Source of the DNA: Planctomycetota bacterium
Lineage (GTDB): Bacteria > Planctomycetota > Brocadiia > SM23-32
Reading direction: 5' to 3'
Assembly: GCA_021161675.1 (NCBI GenBank)
Contig: JAGHAF010000034.1
Coordinates: forward strand, 1 to 57,692
Length of the DNA stretch: 57,692 nucleotides
Shown here piece by piece: positions 28,255 to 38,573 of this stretch (position 1 is its first letter; every line of letters starts with the position of its first letter). Both the position numbers and the translations under genes were made by a program. A model generated the notes under the pieces. That model had not been told where the DNA came from, ran no database searches, and saw only the letters and a program-made list of their open reading frames with translations.

Positions 28255-29733
28255 TTACTCCTTCAGCAACTGCACGGCGGCCTCGAGGACGGGGTCCATG
28301 TTGGCCAGAGTTTCCTTGGTTGTCTGCACGGGTTTGTCAGGTTCAACTCCGTTGCGCCCGATAAGTTTCCCCCTGGGGGTGACGATCTTTCGGACAGGCA
28401 GCTCCACGGTGACGCCGTTGCCCAGGTCCACCTGTTCGCACTCGACGGCCGCGCCGGCGGTTTTTGCGCCGACCAGGTTGCAGCCGAAGACCTGTTTCAT
28501 CATAAGGAGGAAGGACTCGGAGGCGCCGCGGTTCTGGGGGCCCATCAGCACGGCCACGTAGCCCCGGTAGCGGATGCGACCTTTCTTCCTGTCAATAGTG
28601 AGGGGCTTCTCATCTTTGTCCTCGCCGCCGGCAATGGAGCGAGCGTAGACGACTGAATCTTCCACGAAGCAACCGGCGAACCAGGTGGCCAGTTTCATGG
28701 AGCCGCCGGCATTAGGACGGATGTCGATGATCAGTCCGCTGCCGTCGCGGTAATCATCCAGGGCCTCGAAGGCCGGCTCCAGGTCGTCGCAGTTGGCCTG
28801 CTGCCAGGATGTGATAAGGATGTAACCGATGTCCCCCGGGAACTTGCCGGTGGCGACCATGCCGTTGTGCCGTTTCCAGCCGGGCACTATTTTCGGCAAG
28901 TTCTGCACGTTGATGTTGCTTATCGAAGGGTATTGCGCGGTGTGGACGGTAATGGGCCCTGCGTGAAGCGTGAGCGCCGGGTCGCCGGCCTGTTTGAGCA
29001 GTTCGGCAAGCCCTTCTGCGAAGGCCGTGGCGCTCTTCTTGAGCAGCAGTTTGGGCTTGTATTCCTCGATAGCGGCCTGCCAGTCAACTTGCTGGCCCTC
29101 CGGGCGGACATACCTGGTGCTGAGAGCTTGACGGAGTCGTTTCAGCGCCTCGACATTCTCTTTCACCGAGATTGGCGCCGCCTCGTGTGCGGGGGCGGGC
29201 TTGCCCTTCTGAGGCGCCTGTTCGGGTTGCTCCGCGTTTGGCTTCTGGGGGGTGGTTGTTGGTTGCGTCGTCTGGGGCGGCTCTTCCGGAGCGGCTGCGC
29301 CGGTTTGGAACTCCAGCTTCGAGGGCCGTATGAGGACGCCGGATTTGCTTTGGAAGAATTCTTTCGGTTTCTGGCGTGCCCGGTTAATGCCGATACAGTA
29401 ACTCATGTTGGGCCTGAGCAAAACCGGAATGGTGCAGGTGAGCTGGTCTTTTGACCATCTTGGTTTTCCCGTCACTTTCGGGAAAGCGCCCGTTGTCTGA
29501 GGTTCGAAGCAGACTGTCTGCTCCATGGGCTCGCTGAATGTGATTTGGATATTGGTGGGGCCAGGGGGCACGTCCTGCGCGTTTCTTGCCGGTATGGTCT
29601 TTACGACCGTTGGCGGGGCAGGCCTGTCCCTTCTGGGTGGGCCCTGTGCGAATGTCGTCGGCGCCAGCGCTAGAATCGCGGCGCCTGCCAAAAGAAGGCG
29701 AAGCCCTGTGCGCGGCTTGCGGAAAAGTGCCAT
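28255..29733 (-). CDS. Secreted S41-family peptidase-like protein with an N-terminal Ig-like (Big_5) domain
   Basis: Signal peptide, PPTVVKTIPA...IQITFSEPM, Pro/Gln linker, IGYILI, LIIDIRPNAGG, GASESF, LVGAKTAG and GVEPD. Confidence 0.85.
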   Translation of the reverse strand: MALFRKPRTGLRLLLAGAAILALAPTTFAQGPPRRDRPAPPTVVKTIPARNAQDVPPGPTNIQITFSEPMEQTVCFEPQTTGAFPKVTGKPRWSKDQLTCTIPVLLRPNMSYCIGINRARQKPKEFFQSKSGVLIRPSKLEFQTGAAAPEEPPQTTQPTTTPQKPNAEQPEQAPQKGKPAPAHEAAPISVKENVEALKRLRQALSTRYVRPEGQQVDWQAAIEEYKPKLLLKKSATAFAEGLAELLKQAGDPALTLHAGPITVHTAQYPSISNINVQNLPKIVPGWKRHNGMVATGKFPGDIGYILITSWQQANCDDLEPAFEALDDYRDGSGLIIDIRPNAGGSMKLATWFAGCFVEDSVVYARSIAGGEDKDEKPLTIDRKKGRIRYRGYVAVLMGPQNRGASESFLLMMKQVFGCNLVGAKTAGAAVECEQVDLGNGVTVELPVRKIVTPRGKLIGRNGVEPDKPVQTTKETLANMDPVLEAAVQLLKE

Positions 29734-29745
29734 TATGTCCTCCCG

Positions 29746-31020
29746 TTATTCGTGGCGTAAAGCTTCGATTGGGTCCATATTAGCCGCTCGATAGGCGGGA
29801 TAGATGCCGAAAATCAATCCCACCGCGGCGCTTATTCCGAACGCCATCAGCAAAGACCAGAGCGTGACGCTCGTCTGCATGCCGGCTGTGCGCTGGACTA
29901 TCGCCGGCAATATGACTCCGAGGCCAATTCCCATCACCCCGCCGAACAGCGCCAGCAACAGGGTTTCAATCAGGAACTGGAACACGATGTGACGCTTCTT
30001 GGCGCCCATTGCCCGGCGGATTCCTATCTCCCGGGTCCGTTCCATGACCGTGGCCAGGCTTATATTCATAATGCCTATGCCGCCGACAAGCAAGCTTATC
30101 GCTGCGATGGAGCCCAGGACCACCTTGAAGATAAACTCCGTGTGCCGCGCCTGGATCAACAGTTGCAGTGGGACGATTATCTGATAGTCCTCCTTGTCGT
30201 GAAGGGTCTTCAGAATGTGCCGGATAACCCGCTCGGCCGGTCGGACGTGCTCCGGGGACCGGGTGGCCACAATTATCTCGTGCAGCTCGACACGTTCCGC
30301 GCTGAACGTGCCCGAACTGTTGTAGATGTTGTTGGCGCCGAAGTACCTCTTCATCGTGCTGAAGGGAATGTAAACTTCGGAGTTCGGATCTGCCGCCATC
30401 TCTTGAGCGCCGAACTTCCCCCTCTGAAGGGACGTCATGACGCCCACTACGCGGAATCGGAGCTTGCTCCTGCTGATGACTTGCCCGATGGCATCCTCGA
30501 GGGGGAAGAGCACTTCCTGTGCGTGTCGGCCCAGAACGCATACGTTGCTCTTGGTCTGCATGTCCAGCGGGGTGAGGAATCGTCCCTCCAGGATCGTTGA
30601 TTTCGTCACCGGCAGATACTCCGGCGTGGTGCCGACGATGCTCGTGTCCATACGGTGGCTTCTGCGGAAGATGCTGGTGCGGACCTGACGCGTGGGCACT
30701 GTGCGGATCACCCCCGGCACTGTCCCTGAGATCACGTCGAGGTCGGTGTAGGTCAGTCCGTACTGGAGCAGACGACTCTGCTCCTGGGAAGCCCGCTGGT
30801 TTTCTGGGGGTTTGACGCTCTGGATGATGATATTGTCTCTGCCCAGCTTCTTTAGCTGCGCCTGGGCCTCTTCGCTGGCCCCGGCGCCTATTGCCAGCAT
30901 GGCGATCACCGAGCAGACGCCGAACGTGATGCCCAGCACAGTGAGCATGCTGCGCAGCTTGTGCAGCCAGAGGCTCTTGACGCCGATTTTCAGGGTCCGC
31001 TTCAGTTGGAATCCAATCAT
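29746..31020 (-). CDS. MacB/FtsX-like ABC transporter permease
   Basis: LRSMLTVLGI, ISLLVGGIGIMNI, ERTREIGIRRAMGA and DPIEALRHE. Confidence 0.94.
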   Translation of the reverse strand: MIGFQLKRTLKIGVKSLWLHKLRSMLTVLGITFGVCSVIAMLAIGAGASEEAQAQLKKLGRDNIIIQSVKPPENQRASQEQSRLLQYGLTYTDLDVISGTVPGVIRTVPTRQVRTSIFRRSHRMDTSIVGTTPEYLPVTKSTILEGRFLTPLDMQTKSNVCVLGRHAQEVLFPLEDAIGQVISRSKLRFRVVGVMTSLQRGKFGAQEMAADPNSEVYIPFSTMKRYFGANNIYNSSGTFSAERVELHEIIVATRSPEHVRPAERVIRHILKTLHDKEDYQIIVPLQLLIQARHTEFIFKVVLGSIAAISLLVGGIGIMNISLATVMERTREIGIRRAMGAKKRHIVFQFLIETLLLALFGGVMGIGLGVILPAIVQRTAGMQTSVTLWSLLMAFGISAAVGLIFGIYPAYRAANMDPIEALRHE

Positions 31021-31028
31021 GTCGCCGC

Positions 31029-31706
31029 TCAGGAGTTGGAGATGTCGAGCCTGCCGTCTGCCATATTATAGGTCCGATGGGCGGTGGCGGCTACGTTGGG
31101 ATCGTGAGTCACTACGACGAGTGTCACCCCCTCCTGGTTCAGTTCATAGAGCATGTCCAGTATCTGCCGGCCGGTGGCGGTGTCCAGGTTCCCGGTTGGT
31201 TCGTCTGCCAGGACGATCAGCGGCGAGTTCGCAAGTGCGCGCGCGATGCCCACCCTTTGCCGTTCCCCGCCGCTCAGCTCGGTGGGAACGTGCCGCAGCC
31301 GCTCTCCCAGGCCCACCCGCCGGGCCAGGTGGACGGCCCTCTCGTAACTTTCCCTCTCTGAGACGCCCTTGTAGTAGAGCGGGATTTCGATGTTTTCCAC
31401 CACGTTCAGCTGTGGGATCAGGTTGTACGACTGGAAGATGAACCCTATGTGGCTGGCGCGGACCTCGCTCAGCTCATCGTCGTCCAGGGTGGACACATCG
31501 CGCCCACCCAGCTTGTAGGCGCCCAGCGTGGGCCGGTCCAGACAGCCCAGCAGGTTGAGCAGCGTTGACTTACCGCTGCCTGAAGGTCCCATTATAGCGA
31601 TCATGTCCCCCGCCTCAAGGATCAGGTTTGCCCCCTGAAGGGCGTGCAGCAGCAAGTGTCCCATGCGGTAGGTCTTCCAGACGTTGTTCAGCTCTACTAT
31701 GGGCAA
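31029..31706 (-). CDS. MacB/LolD-like ABC ATP-binding protein
   Basis: [17 protein letters not shown] and [10 protein letters not shown]. Confidence 0.95.
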   Translation of the reverse strand: MPIVELNNVWKTYRMGHLLLHALQGANLILEAGDMIAIMGPSGSGKSTLLNLLGCLDRPTLGAYKLGGRDVSTLDDDELSEVRASHIGFIFQSYNLIPQLNVVENIEIPLYYKGVSERESYERAVHLARRVGLGERLRHVPTELSGGERQRVGIARALANSPLIVLADEPTGNLDTATGRQILDMLYELNQEGVTLVVVTHDPNVAATAHRTYNMADGRLDISNS

Positions 31707-31790
31707 GCCTTTACCTCCGAGCTAAGCGTTCAGGCGCTTCTCAGCGCGGCTTTGAGAAAGTAGAAGGACGTAAGACGCCCAGGGCGCCAG

Positions 31791-31913
31791 GCATGAAGGA
31801 TGAAGGCAAAAAGGAAAGCTCCCGCCCGGACTCTTGCCGTTTCCGCCTGCCATGCTCCCGCGACTGCGGGACGAAGGGTTGCCGTTCAATTCGTCCTTCA
31901 TGATTCATCCTTT
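31791..31913. repeat. Inverted pair of heptamer repeat tracts
   Basis: gcatgaa-ggatgaa-ggcaaaa on the left faces ttcgtcc-ttcatga-ttcatcc on the right. Confidence 0.6.
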
Positions 31914-31915
31914 TC

Positions 31916-33973
31916 TTAGGGTCTTCCTCGTCCGGGCCCGGGGCGGCCCCCTGGCCGGCCGCCGGCGCCGGGCCCGGCGCTTCCTGGCTTGCCGCTGGCG
32001 CCTGCCTGGCCGCCTTCCACGCTCTTGGGCCCCATTTCCATCAGCTTCTGCCGTTTCTCCGGTGAGAGGTCCTGGAAGTATTTCATGCGTTCTTCGCGGG
32101 ACATGCCTTCCATCTCTTTGCGCAGTTTGTCCAGGTCGATTTGCTGTTCAGGTTCTTTCTTTTCCTGTTTGGTGGGCGCTTCACCGGCTTTTGCGGCCGG
32201 CGGGGTTTGCTGCTTGTCTTTCGGGGGTTGCGATTCGGTTAACTGGCCTCTGGCCTCCTCGAGAAGCTCGGTGGGGGGCGCCAGGTAAACCGGCTCTCCC
32301 TCGTGCAGTCCGCTCTTTATTTCCACGAATTTGTCGGTGCAATAGCCCGTTTCGAGCTCGCGCAACTCAGGGCCGTCCGCCGTCTTCACCCAGCAGATTC
32401 TATGTCCTTTCACCGAGGTGACGGCCTGGACGGGAACATAAAGCACATCCGCAAGTTCGGCGATAATGATTTCGGCGGTGGCGCTCATTCCAGGCGTCAG
32501 ATCATCGGGATCGCTCGTGATCGCCACGTCGGTCTCGTAGACCATCACGTCGGGGTTGAGCCAGCGGTTTTCCGAGCTTGCCATGGGGCTTACCTTCTTG
32601 ACCTCGCCCTCCAGTTCCTTGTCGGGCATGGCATCAAGTCTGATTCTCGCTTTCTGCCCGACTTTCACCTTTGCGATGTCGGTCTCGTGGATGTTGACGC
32701 GCGCGGCCAGCGTGGCCAGGTCGGGCATTCTGATGATGCTTTCGTTGTCAAAGACTTCGACGCCTTCCTGGATGGGGGTGCTTCGCCAGCGCCGCGAGTT
32801 GCCGGTGGAGGCGTAGACGACCAGTCCAGGCTTGGTGGCCCGGATAGTGGCCTTATCGAGCATTTCCTTGGTCTTCTCGAAGCGTTCGCTCTTGAGCTCC
32901 AGGTTCGCTTTCTGGGATTCCAGGTTGGCCCTGGCCTTGGCCAGTTCGCTGTTGGCGCGCGCTTTGACGCGCTCCAACTCCCTTTTGGACTCCTGGTAGT
33001 CGCTGAGCCGCTGTTCGGCTTCTTTCGGCAGTGTGTAACGGATGTAGAGGCGAAGTTCTTCTTTTGCGGAGTCGAGCCCGACCTTGGCGCGGTCGGCGGT
33101 CAGTTCGTCTGCTTTCAGGCGGTTGCGGCTCACGTAGTTCTTTTCTTCGAGTTGCCGGGTCCAATAGAGCTTGTCCTGGGCTTGCTCGAGTTCTTGTTTG
33201 GCCAGTTGGACCTGGGAGCTGAACTGGCGTAGTTTCTGCCGCGCGACCCCGCCGAGTGTCTCTTCCGGGCTCTTCCCTCTTGTGGAGTAACCTTCGCCAA
33301 ATATCTGCGCAGCCAGTTCGGGATCATCCAGCAGATTTGCTGAGATGGCTTTGGCGGTGTCCTGCAAGGAGCCGAAGTCGAAGGAGCCTTCCAGCAGCTT
33401 GTCCGCCTGGCCCTTGCCCAAGTAGCTCTCCAGTTCCATGCGGGCGAACTTGCTGCGCAGCTCCGCCTGCTTGATGTTGCTCTCGTTCTGGTTGACCTGT
33501 ATGTCGTAGCTCTCCTTCGCCTGCACATAGCTGGCCTCGGCGTTCCGATAGGTCATCTCGTCCTGGGTCCTTTTTTCGTCCAGGCCGGAGGCGTCGAGCC
33601 TGGCCAGCACCTTCCCGTTCTCCACGTCCTTCTGGGTGATGATGGTCCCTTCGGGGATGATTTCCAGTATCTGGTGCCGTCCCTCCACTTCGCTCTTTAT
33701 CTCCAGAGACTCCATCGCCTGGAGTGTGCCGCCTTCTGTGACGGAGATGGTCAGCTCTCCTCGCTGGACCGTGGCGGTGGGGATATTGCTGAAGGCTGCG
33801 TCCTTGCCCCCCGATACTGTTCGCAAGAGCAGCGCGGCCACGAAGACCATCACTATCAGCGCAATCGCTATCTTGAGAACCGCTCGCCTGCCGCGGCGGC
33901 CCTTGCCCTCCGATGGGGCTTCTTCTGTGCGAACGGTCGGTTGTTTCATCTGGTTGCGCTCATCAATACTCAT
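31916..33973 (-). CDS. Efflux periplasmic adaptor (MFP/HlyD family) with a very long coiled coil
   Basis: TM anchor, ATVQRGEL.ISVTEGG, IRATKPGLVVY, IHETDIAKVKVGQ, LTPGMSA and VEIKSGL. ATG 33973 overlaps the TolC stop. Confidence 0.9.
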   Translation of the reverse strand: MSIDERNQMKQPTVRTEEAPSEGKGRRGRRAVLKIAIALIVMVFVAALLLRTVSGGKDAAFSNIPTATVQRGELTISVTEGGTLQAMESLEIKSEVEGRHQILEIIPEGTIITQKDVENGKVLARLDASGLDEKRTQDEMTYRNAEASYVQAKESYDIQVNQNESNIKQAELRSKFARMELESYLGKGQADKLLEGSFDFGSLQDTAKAISANLLDDPELAAQIFGEGYSTRGKSPEETLGGVARQKLRQFSSQVQLAKQELEQAQDKLYWTRQLEEKNYVSRNRLKADELTADRAKVGLDSAKEELRLYIRYTLPKEAEQRLSDYQESKRELERVKARANSELAKARANLESQKANLELKSERFEKTKEMLDKATIRATKPGLVVYASTGNSRRWRSTPIQEGVEVFDNESIIRMPDLATLAARVNIHETDIAKVKVGQKARIRLDAMPDKELEGEVKKVSPMASSENRWLNPDVMVYETDVAITSDPDDLTPGMSATAEIIIAELADVLYVPVQAVTSVKGHRICWVKTADGPELRELETGYCTDKFVEIKSGLHEGEPVYLAPPTELLEEARGQLTESQPPKDKQQTPPAAKAGEAPTKQEKKEPEQQIDLDKLRKEMEGMSREERMKYFQDLSPEKRQKLMEMGPKSVEGGQAGASGKPGSAGPGAGGRPGGRPGPGRGRP

Positions 33974-35612
33974 CGAGATTATCCTCCAACTTTCCTTTCG
34001 GGCCGACGCTGAGAACCTCCATGTCGCGGGCCAGTTCAAGGCGCGCCACCTTGTAATCGACCAGCGCGCGCGCGAGCGCGTTCTGGGCGTTGACGAGCGC
34101 CGTGTGGGCGTCCAGCATGTCACGCGTGGTCGCGTCGCCGGCTTCCAGCAGCATCTGCGTGCTCTCCACCCGTTTTTCCGCCAGGGAGACGCTGGTTTTC
34201 TGGATTTCGTAACTTCGCCCCGCCCGCTGGTATTCGCGCCACGCATCCTTTGCTTCCAGCACGATACGATCGCGTTTCTCCGAGAGGGCGCGGCGCGCCC
34301 GATCTAGCGCGATCAACTTGCTCCTGTAGGTGTTGCGTTCGGATTTCTTATCCAGGGGAAGCTCCAACTCCAGCCCGACGGATGTGTCCGTGCGATCCAC
34401 CCGGAAGTCCGTCGGGCTCTTGTCGCCCTCTGTGTCGCTCGAGATGGAGGCGCTCAGGTCCAGCCCGGGCAGCAGGTCGCTGGCTGCCACCTTCACCTGC
34501 CGCTCGGCGTCATCCACGTCGTCGCGTGCGGTCGCCAGGTCCAGGCGCCGGGCCAGCGCTATCTGGACTGCGCGATCCATGTCCAGCTGGAGGCTGTTCT
34601 CCGGCTCTTGCTTCAAGCGGTCGAGTTCCACTTCGTCCAGCGCAAGCAGCGTCTCCGTAGGCAGCCCGAGCGTCATCTTGAACTGGTCGAGCCGGCTCTC
34701 GTATTGCCGGCGGGTGGTTTGCAGCCGGTCTCTGGCCTGGAGCTCCTGCTGGCGTGTTTGGTCCACCTCGAACTCCGGCAGCTCGCCGGCCTTGGCCAGC
34801 CACTCGGCCCGGTCCCGCGCCAGCGCAAGGCTCTCGTGGTTCAGCTTCTCGTTCTTTAGTATCTGCTTCTCCCGCAGTACGCCGTAGTAGGAGGAGAGCA
34901 CGTCCACGAAGAAGCTCCTCTTGAAACGCACAAAGTCCCGGATGCTGTACAACAGGTTGCGCTCAGCCTGGATCAAGGGCTCGTTCGTCGCCAGGCCGGC
35001 GCCCTGAAGGAGGGGCTGCGTCACTCCGAGTTGCAGCAGCGAAGAGGCCGCCTTGCGGGGGTCGTCGGTCAGGAACCGGCTGATATCCGTGCTCAGGGAG
35101 GCGGTTATCCGGGCGCCGGTCTTCAGCAGCCGGCTCAGCGCCAGTCGCCCGCCGCCGCTTATGCTCTCCTCGTCGCCGACGTCGGTATTGTCGTAGCCCG
35201 CATTGAGTGAACCGCTCCACTGCGCCCCGTAGGCGTGTCGCGTCAGTGAGAGGCCCAGCGCGCTCAGGTAGAGCGATTCCTTCTTGCTCTGGTAGGCGCG
35301 GCTGTTGGTCGCGGCGATCTGGAGCGCTTTATCCAGCGAAACGAGGACGGGCAGCGTCCCCGCGGCCGTCTCTGTTTCGTCCGGGGCGCTCTCCCCGGAT
35401 GGTTTGCATTGCGGGCAGCCCGCCAGGGGGGCCGTCTCCTCCTGCTCGATGGTGAAGTCCTGTCTCATGCCCGGAACGCGCTCGCCTTTCTGCCTCAGAA
35501 TCTGGTAAGTTTCTTTGTCGGCGCTGCGGCGATAGCGCTCCGGGCTGCAGGCGCTCAGAGCCAGCAGGCCCACGCAGAGCGCGGCGGTAATCAGCCCCTT
35601 CTCAGCCTTCAT
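33963..35612 (-). CDS. TolC-family outer membrane efflux lipoprotein
   Basis: Lipobox LSAC, VSLDKALQIA, TQPLLQG and LPGLDL. Start reset to ATG 35612. Confidence 0.9.
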   Translation of the reverse strand: MKAEKGLITAALCVGLLALSACSPERYRRSADKETYQILRQKGERVPGMRQDFTIEQEETAPLAGCPQCKPSGESAPDETETAAGTLPVLVSLDKALQIAATNSRAYQSKKESLYLSALGLSLTRHAYGAQWSGSLNAGYDNTDVGDEESISGGGRLALSRLLKTGARITASLSTDISRFLTDDPRKAASSLLQLGVTQPLLQGAGLATNEPLIQAERNLLYSIRDFVRFKRSFFVDVLSSYYGVLREKQILKNEKLNHESLALARDRAEWLAKAGELPEFEVDQTRQQELQARDRLQTTRRQYESRLDQFKMTLGLPTETLLALDEVELDRLKQEPENSLQLDMDRAVQIALARRLDLATARDDVDDAERQVKVAASDLLPGLDLSASISSDTEGDKSPTDFRVDRTDTSVGLELELPLDKKSERNTYRSKLIALDRARRALSEKRDRIVLEAKDAWREYQRAGRSYEIQKTSVSLAEKRVESTQMLLEAGDATTRDMLDAHTALVNAQNALARALVDYKVARLELARDMEVLSVGPKGKLEDNLDEY

Positions 35613-36192
35613 TGTTCTCGTTCCTTGTGCGCAGTCCATTCTCGAAGAGTCGCACGACAGCTTCAGGCCAGTCCTTGTCCGGCATCTCGTCCAGGCGCCA
35701 CAGGCCCGATCGCACCATCGCCATCAGCATGTGCGCCGCCCCGGACGGAGGGAACGCAGCTGAGTAGATTCCCTTCTCGATCCCGTCCCGGACGAAACCC
35801 GCGATTACGTCGACCATCTTGCTGGTTTTCTGGCGCCATTGTTTGTGGAGCCCCTTCTTGCGCGTGGAGCGGCGCAGTTGCTCGCTGCGCATCAACTGGA
35901 ACAGCGCGCGGCGTTCGCCGTAGAAATCGGCGACCCTTTGCACCACCCCGCGCAGTCCCAGGGCCGGGTCGCACTCCTGTTGGCCGACTTGTTGAATCGA
36001 CTCGACCAGTTCGTCCAGGCCGGAGAGGATCACCTGGTAGTAGAGGTCTTCCTTATCCTCGAAGTAGCGATAGATAGTGCCCTTGCCGACGCCAGCTTTG
36101 TGGCAAATCTGGTCGAGCGTGACCTCATGGTAGCGGCCCGCGGCGAAAAGCCGCTCCGCGCTGGCCATTATCTGCCGGGCTTTCTCTGACAT
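35602..36192 (-). CDS. TetR/AcrR family regulator
   Basis: HTH VTLDQICHKAGVGKGTIYRYFEDKEDL. Confidence 0.95.
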   Translation of the reverse strand: MSEKARQIMASAERLFAAGRYHEVTLDQICHKAGVGKGTIYRYFEDKEDLYYQVILSGLDELVESIQQVGQQECDPALGLRGVVQRVADFYGERRALFQLMRSEQLRRSTRKKGLHKQWRQKTSKMVDVIAGFVRDGIEKGIYSAAFPPSGAAHMLMAMVRSGLWRLDEMPDKDWPEAVVRLFENGLRTRNENNEG

Positions 36193-36227
36193 TATGCGTT
36201 ATCTGTGAAGTGAGATGTCGCCTTCTA

Positions 36228-38039
36228 TCACAGTTCCATGCCCGCGTCCAGGCGCTGCATGTTGTAGAGCTCGGCGAAGCTGCCGCCCAGGGCGAGCAGC
36301 TCCTCCTGCGTTCCGCTCTCCGTAATGCGGCCGTCTTCCAGCACGATTATGCGGTCTGCGATGTCCGTGGTGGACAGCCGGTGGGCGATCAGGATAGTGG
36401 TTCTGTCGCGGGCTGCAACCGCCAACGCCTTCTGAATCTTCCTCTCCGTGATGGTGTCCACCGAGGACGTGGCTTCGTCCAGGACGAGAATCGCCGGGTC
36501 CTTCAGCAGGGCGCGGGCTATGGCGATGCGTTGTTTCTGCCCCACCGAGAGCTTCACGCCACGTTCGCCGACAACTGTTTCGTAGCCGTCGGGAAGTTTT
36601 CGGATGAATTCGTCGGCGCCGGCCCGGCGGGCCGCCGCCCAAATCTGGTCTTCCGGGGCGTCGGGACGGCCGTAGGCTATGTTCTCCTTGATCGTGGTGT
36701 TGAACAGGAACGGCTCCTGTAGCACCATGCCGATGTGCCTGCGCAGGGACACGGGGTCCACCTCGCGCAGGTCCATCCCGTCTATTGCCACGCGCCCGCG
36801 TTCCGGATCGTAGAAGCGGCATATCAGGTCCACCAGCGTCGTCTTGCCCACTCCGCTCGGGCCGACCAGGGCCACGGTCTCGTTCGGCGCGATGTCCAGG
36901 TATATGTTATCGAGGACCGGTTCGTTCTCGTCGTATCCGAAGGACAGGCCCTCTATTTCGATTCGCCCCTCGATCCTGTGCGGTTTCGTGGCGTCCGGCG
37001 GTATGTCGAATTGACTCGACTCGTCCATGAACTCAAAGATTCGATCCGCCGCCGCCAGTGACCTGGGCAGCATGTGGCCGAGCAGCCGCGATATCTCGCC
37101 TATGGGCTGGTAGAAACGGCCTACCAGCAAGACGAACGCCATAAGCTGGCCGGGCGTCAGCACATCCGGTCCCCCGCGAATGGCCATCCAGCCGCCGGCG
37201 AAGATTACGATAAGGGTTCCGGTGCCGGACAGCAGTTGCATCAGCGGGAAGAAGACGGTGAAACTGCGCGCGGCATCCATGAAGGCGTCGTAGTAGTCGC
37301 GGCTCCTGTCCTCGAAATGGCTCTGTTCCTGTCTCTCTCCGGTGAAGAGCTTTACGACGCGGACGCCGGCGATGCGATCGTGCACGAATGAGTTCAGGTC
37401 GGCGACCTTCTGCCTGAAAATGCGGAAGCGTCCTTTGAGCCGGTGGCTGAAGAACCACACGGTCGCGCACATCACTGGTATGGGGATCAACGTCAGGGCC
37501 GCCAGGCGGGCATTCGTCAGGAAGATGTAGATGGTGACCCCCACCAGGAGCAGCACGGAGCCGATCAGCGTCTGGACGGCGTGGACGATCACCTGTTCCA
37601 CCACCTCCGTGTCGTTCACCACGCGGGACATCACCTCGCCGGTCTGCTTTTCCTCGAAGAAGCGCACGGACAGCGTTTGCAGGTGCTCGTAGAGATCGTT
37701 GCGCAACTGGCGCACGAGCCGTTGTCCCAGTTCGTGCCCATAGTAGCTGTGCAGGAACCGGAACGCGGAACTCAGCAGGATGGTCCCGAGAAAAACCAGG
37801 ACGATGATTATCAATAGGCCGAAGTCGCGATTCGGGATGGCGTTGTCAATCAGGCGCCTGATCAGGTCTGGATGCACCAGTTGCAGGCCGGCCATGGCGA
37901 CGATGAGCAGCAGCAGCAGGACCACCCGCAGCCAGTAAGGCTTCACGTATTTCAGGAGCCGCGCCGAGGAGCGGGCCATCTCCCACTTGCTCTTGTCCGG
38001 CTCTTCGCCCGGCGGTCCGAAATGATGTCCGTGCCGCAT
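36228..38039 (-). CDS. ABC exporter, fused TMD-NBD
   Basis: TM domain, GPSGVGKT, LSVGQKQR, ILVLDEATSSVD and AHRLST. Confidence 0.94.
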   Translation of the reverse strand: MRHGHHFGPPGEEPDKSKWEMARSSARLLKYVKPYWLRVVLLLLLIVAMAGLQLVHPDLIRRLIDNAIPNRDFGLLIIIVLVFLGTILLSSAFRFLHSYYGHELGQRLVRQLRNDLYEHLQTLSVRFFEEKQTGEVMSRVVNDTEVVEQVIVHAVQTLIGSVLLLVGVTIYIFLTNARLAALTLIPIPVMCATVWFFSHRLKGRFRIFRQKVADLNSFVHDRIAGVRVVKLFTGERQEQSHFEDRSRDYYDAFMDAARSFTVFFPLMQLLSGTGTLIVIFAGGWMAIRGGPDVLTPGQLMAFVLLVGRFYQPIGEISRLLGHMLPRSLAAADRIFEFMDESSQFDIPPDATKPHRIEGRIEIEGLSFGYDENEPVLDNIYLDIAPNETVALVGPSGVGKTTLVDLICRFYDPERGRVAIDGMDLREVDPVSLRRHIGMVLQEPFLFNTTIKENIAYGRPDAPEDQIWAAARRAGADEFIRKLPDGYETVVGERGVKLSVGQKQRIAIARALLKDPAILVLDEATSSVDTITERKIQKALAVAARDRTTILIAHRLSTTDIADRIIVLEDGRITESGTQEELLALGGSFAELYNMQRLDAGMEL

Positions 38040-38053
38040 GAGTTTCTTCCCAG

Positions 38054-38081
38054 GAATAGAACTGACCAGTCAGTTCTATTC
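38054..38081. promoter_or_regulatory. Perfect 13-2-13 inverted repeat, probable TetR operator
   Basis: GAATAGAACTGAC-CA-GTCAGTTCTATTC, 14 bp upstream of the first ATG of the TetR-containing efflux operon. Confidence 0.8.
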
Positions 38082-38186
38082 TCGCCGAAGCGATCCCGTT
38101 CGTCAAATGCAGGAGGGAAAAAGGCGGAGAGGGGGGCGGGGGAAAGGGGAAGGCAGAAGGTAAAAGGGGAAAGGTAGAAAGGGTTG

Positions 38187-38573
38187 CTATTGTCCGAGTT
38201 GCTCTTCAACCCACTGGATGACGGCCTCGGCCATGGATAGTGTATCGCGCAGTCGCTGCTGGGTGACCGGCTCAAAAACGCCCGGGTAGCGTGCCAGCGC
38301 TGCGTAAGGTGTAAGTGACTCGGCGCGCCGCACGTCTTCAGGGATTTCCGTGCCGGCGCCTTCCAGAAGCGTCAGCAAGTGCGCCAAATCGTGGACATAG
38401 GGGAACTCAACATGGCCTTAATCGCTTTCTCCGCGGCCTGCTGGGCGTCGAAACACAGACCCTCCAGATACACTCCCTCCAGACGGGAGTCGGCGCAAAG
38501 TCCGCAGTAAGTTGCTCTTTGCCCTGCTGAGCCACTCCAGCGGGTCATCAGGTGGTTTTCTCTGACGCGCCAT
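38187..38573 (-). pseudogene. HEPN domain pseudogene with two frame disruptions
   Basis: Three frames give MARQRKPPDDPLEWLSRAKSNL / GVYLEGLCFDAQQAAEKAIKAM / VEFPYVHDLAHLL...LTPYAALARYP. Breaks at ~38500 and ~38410. Confidence 0.85.
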
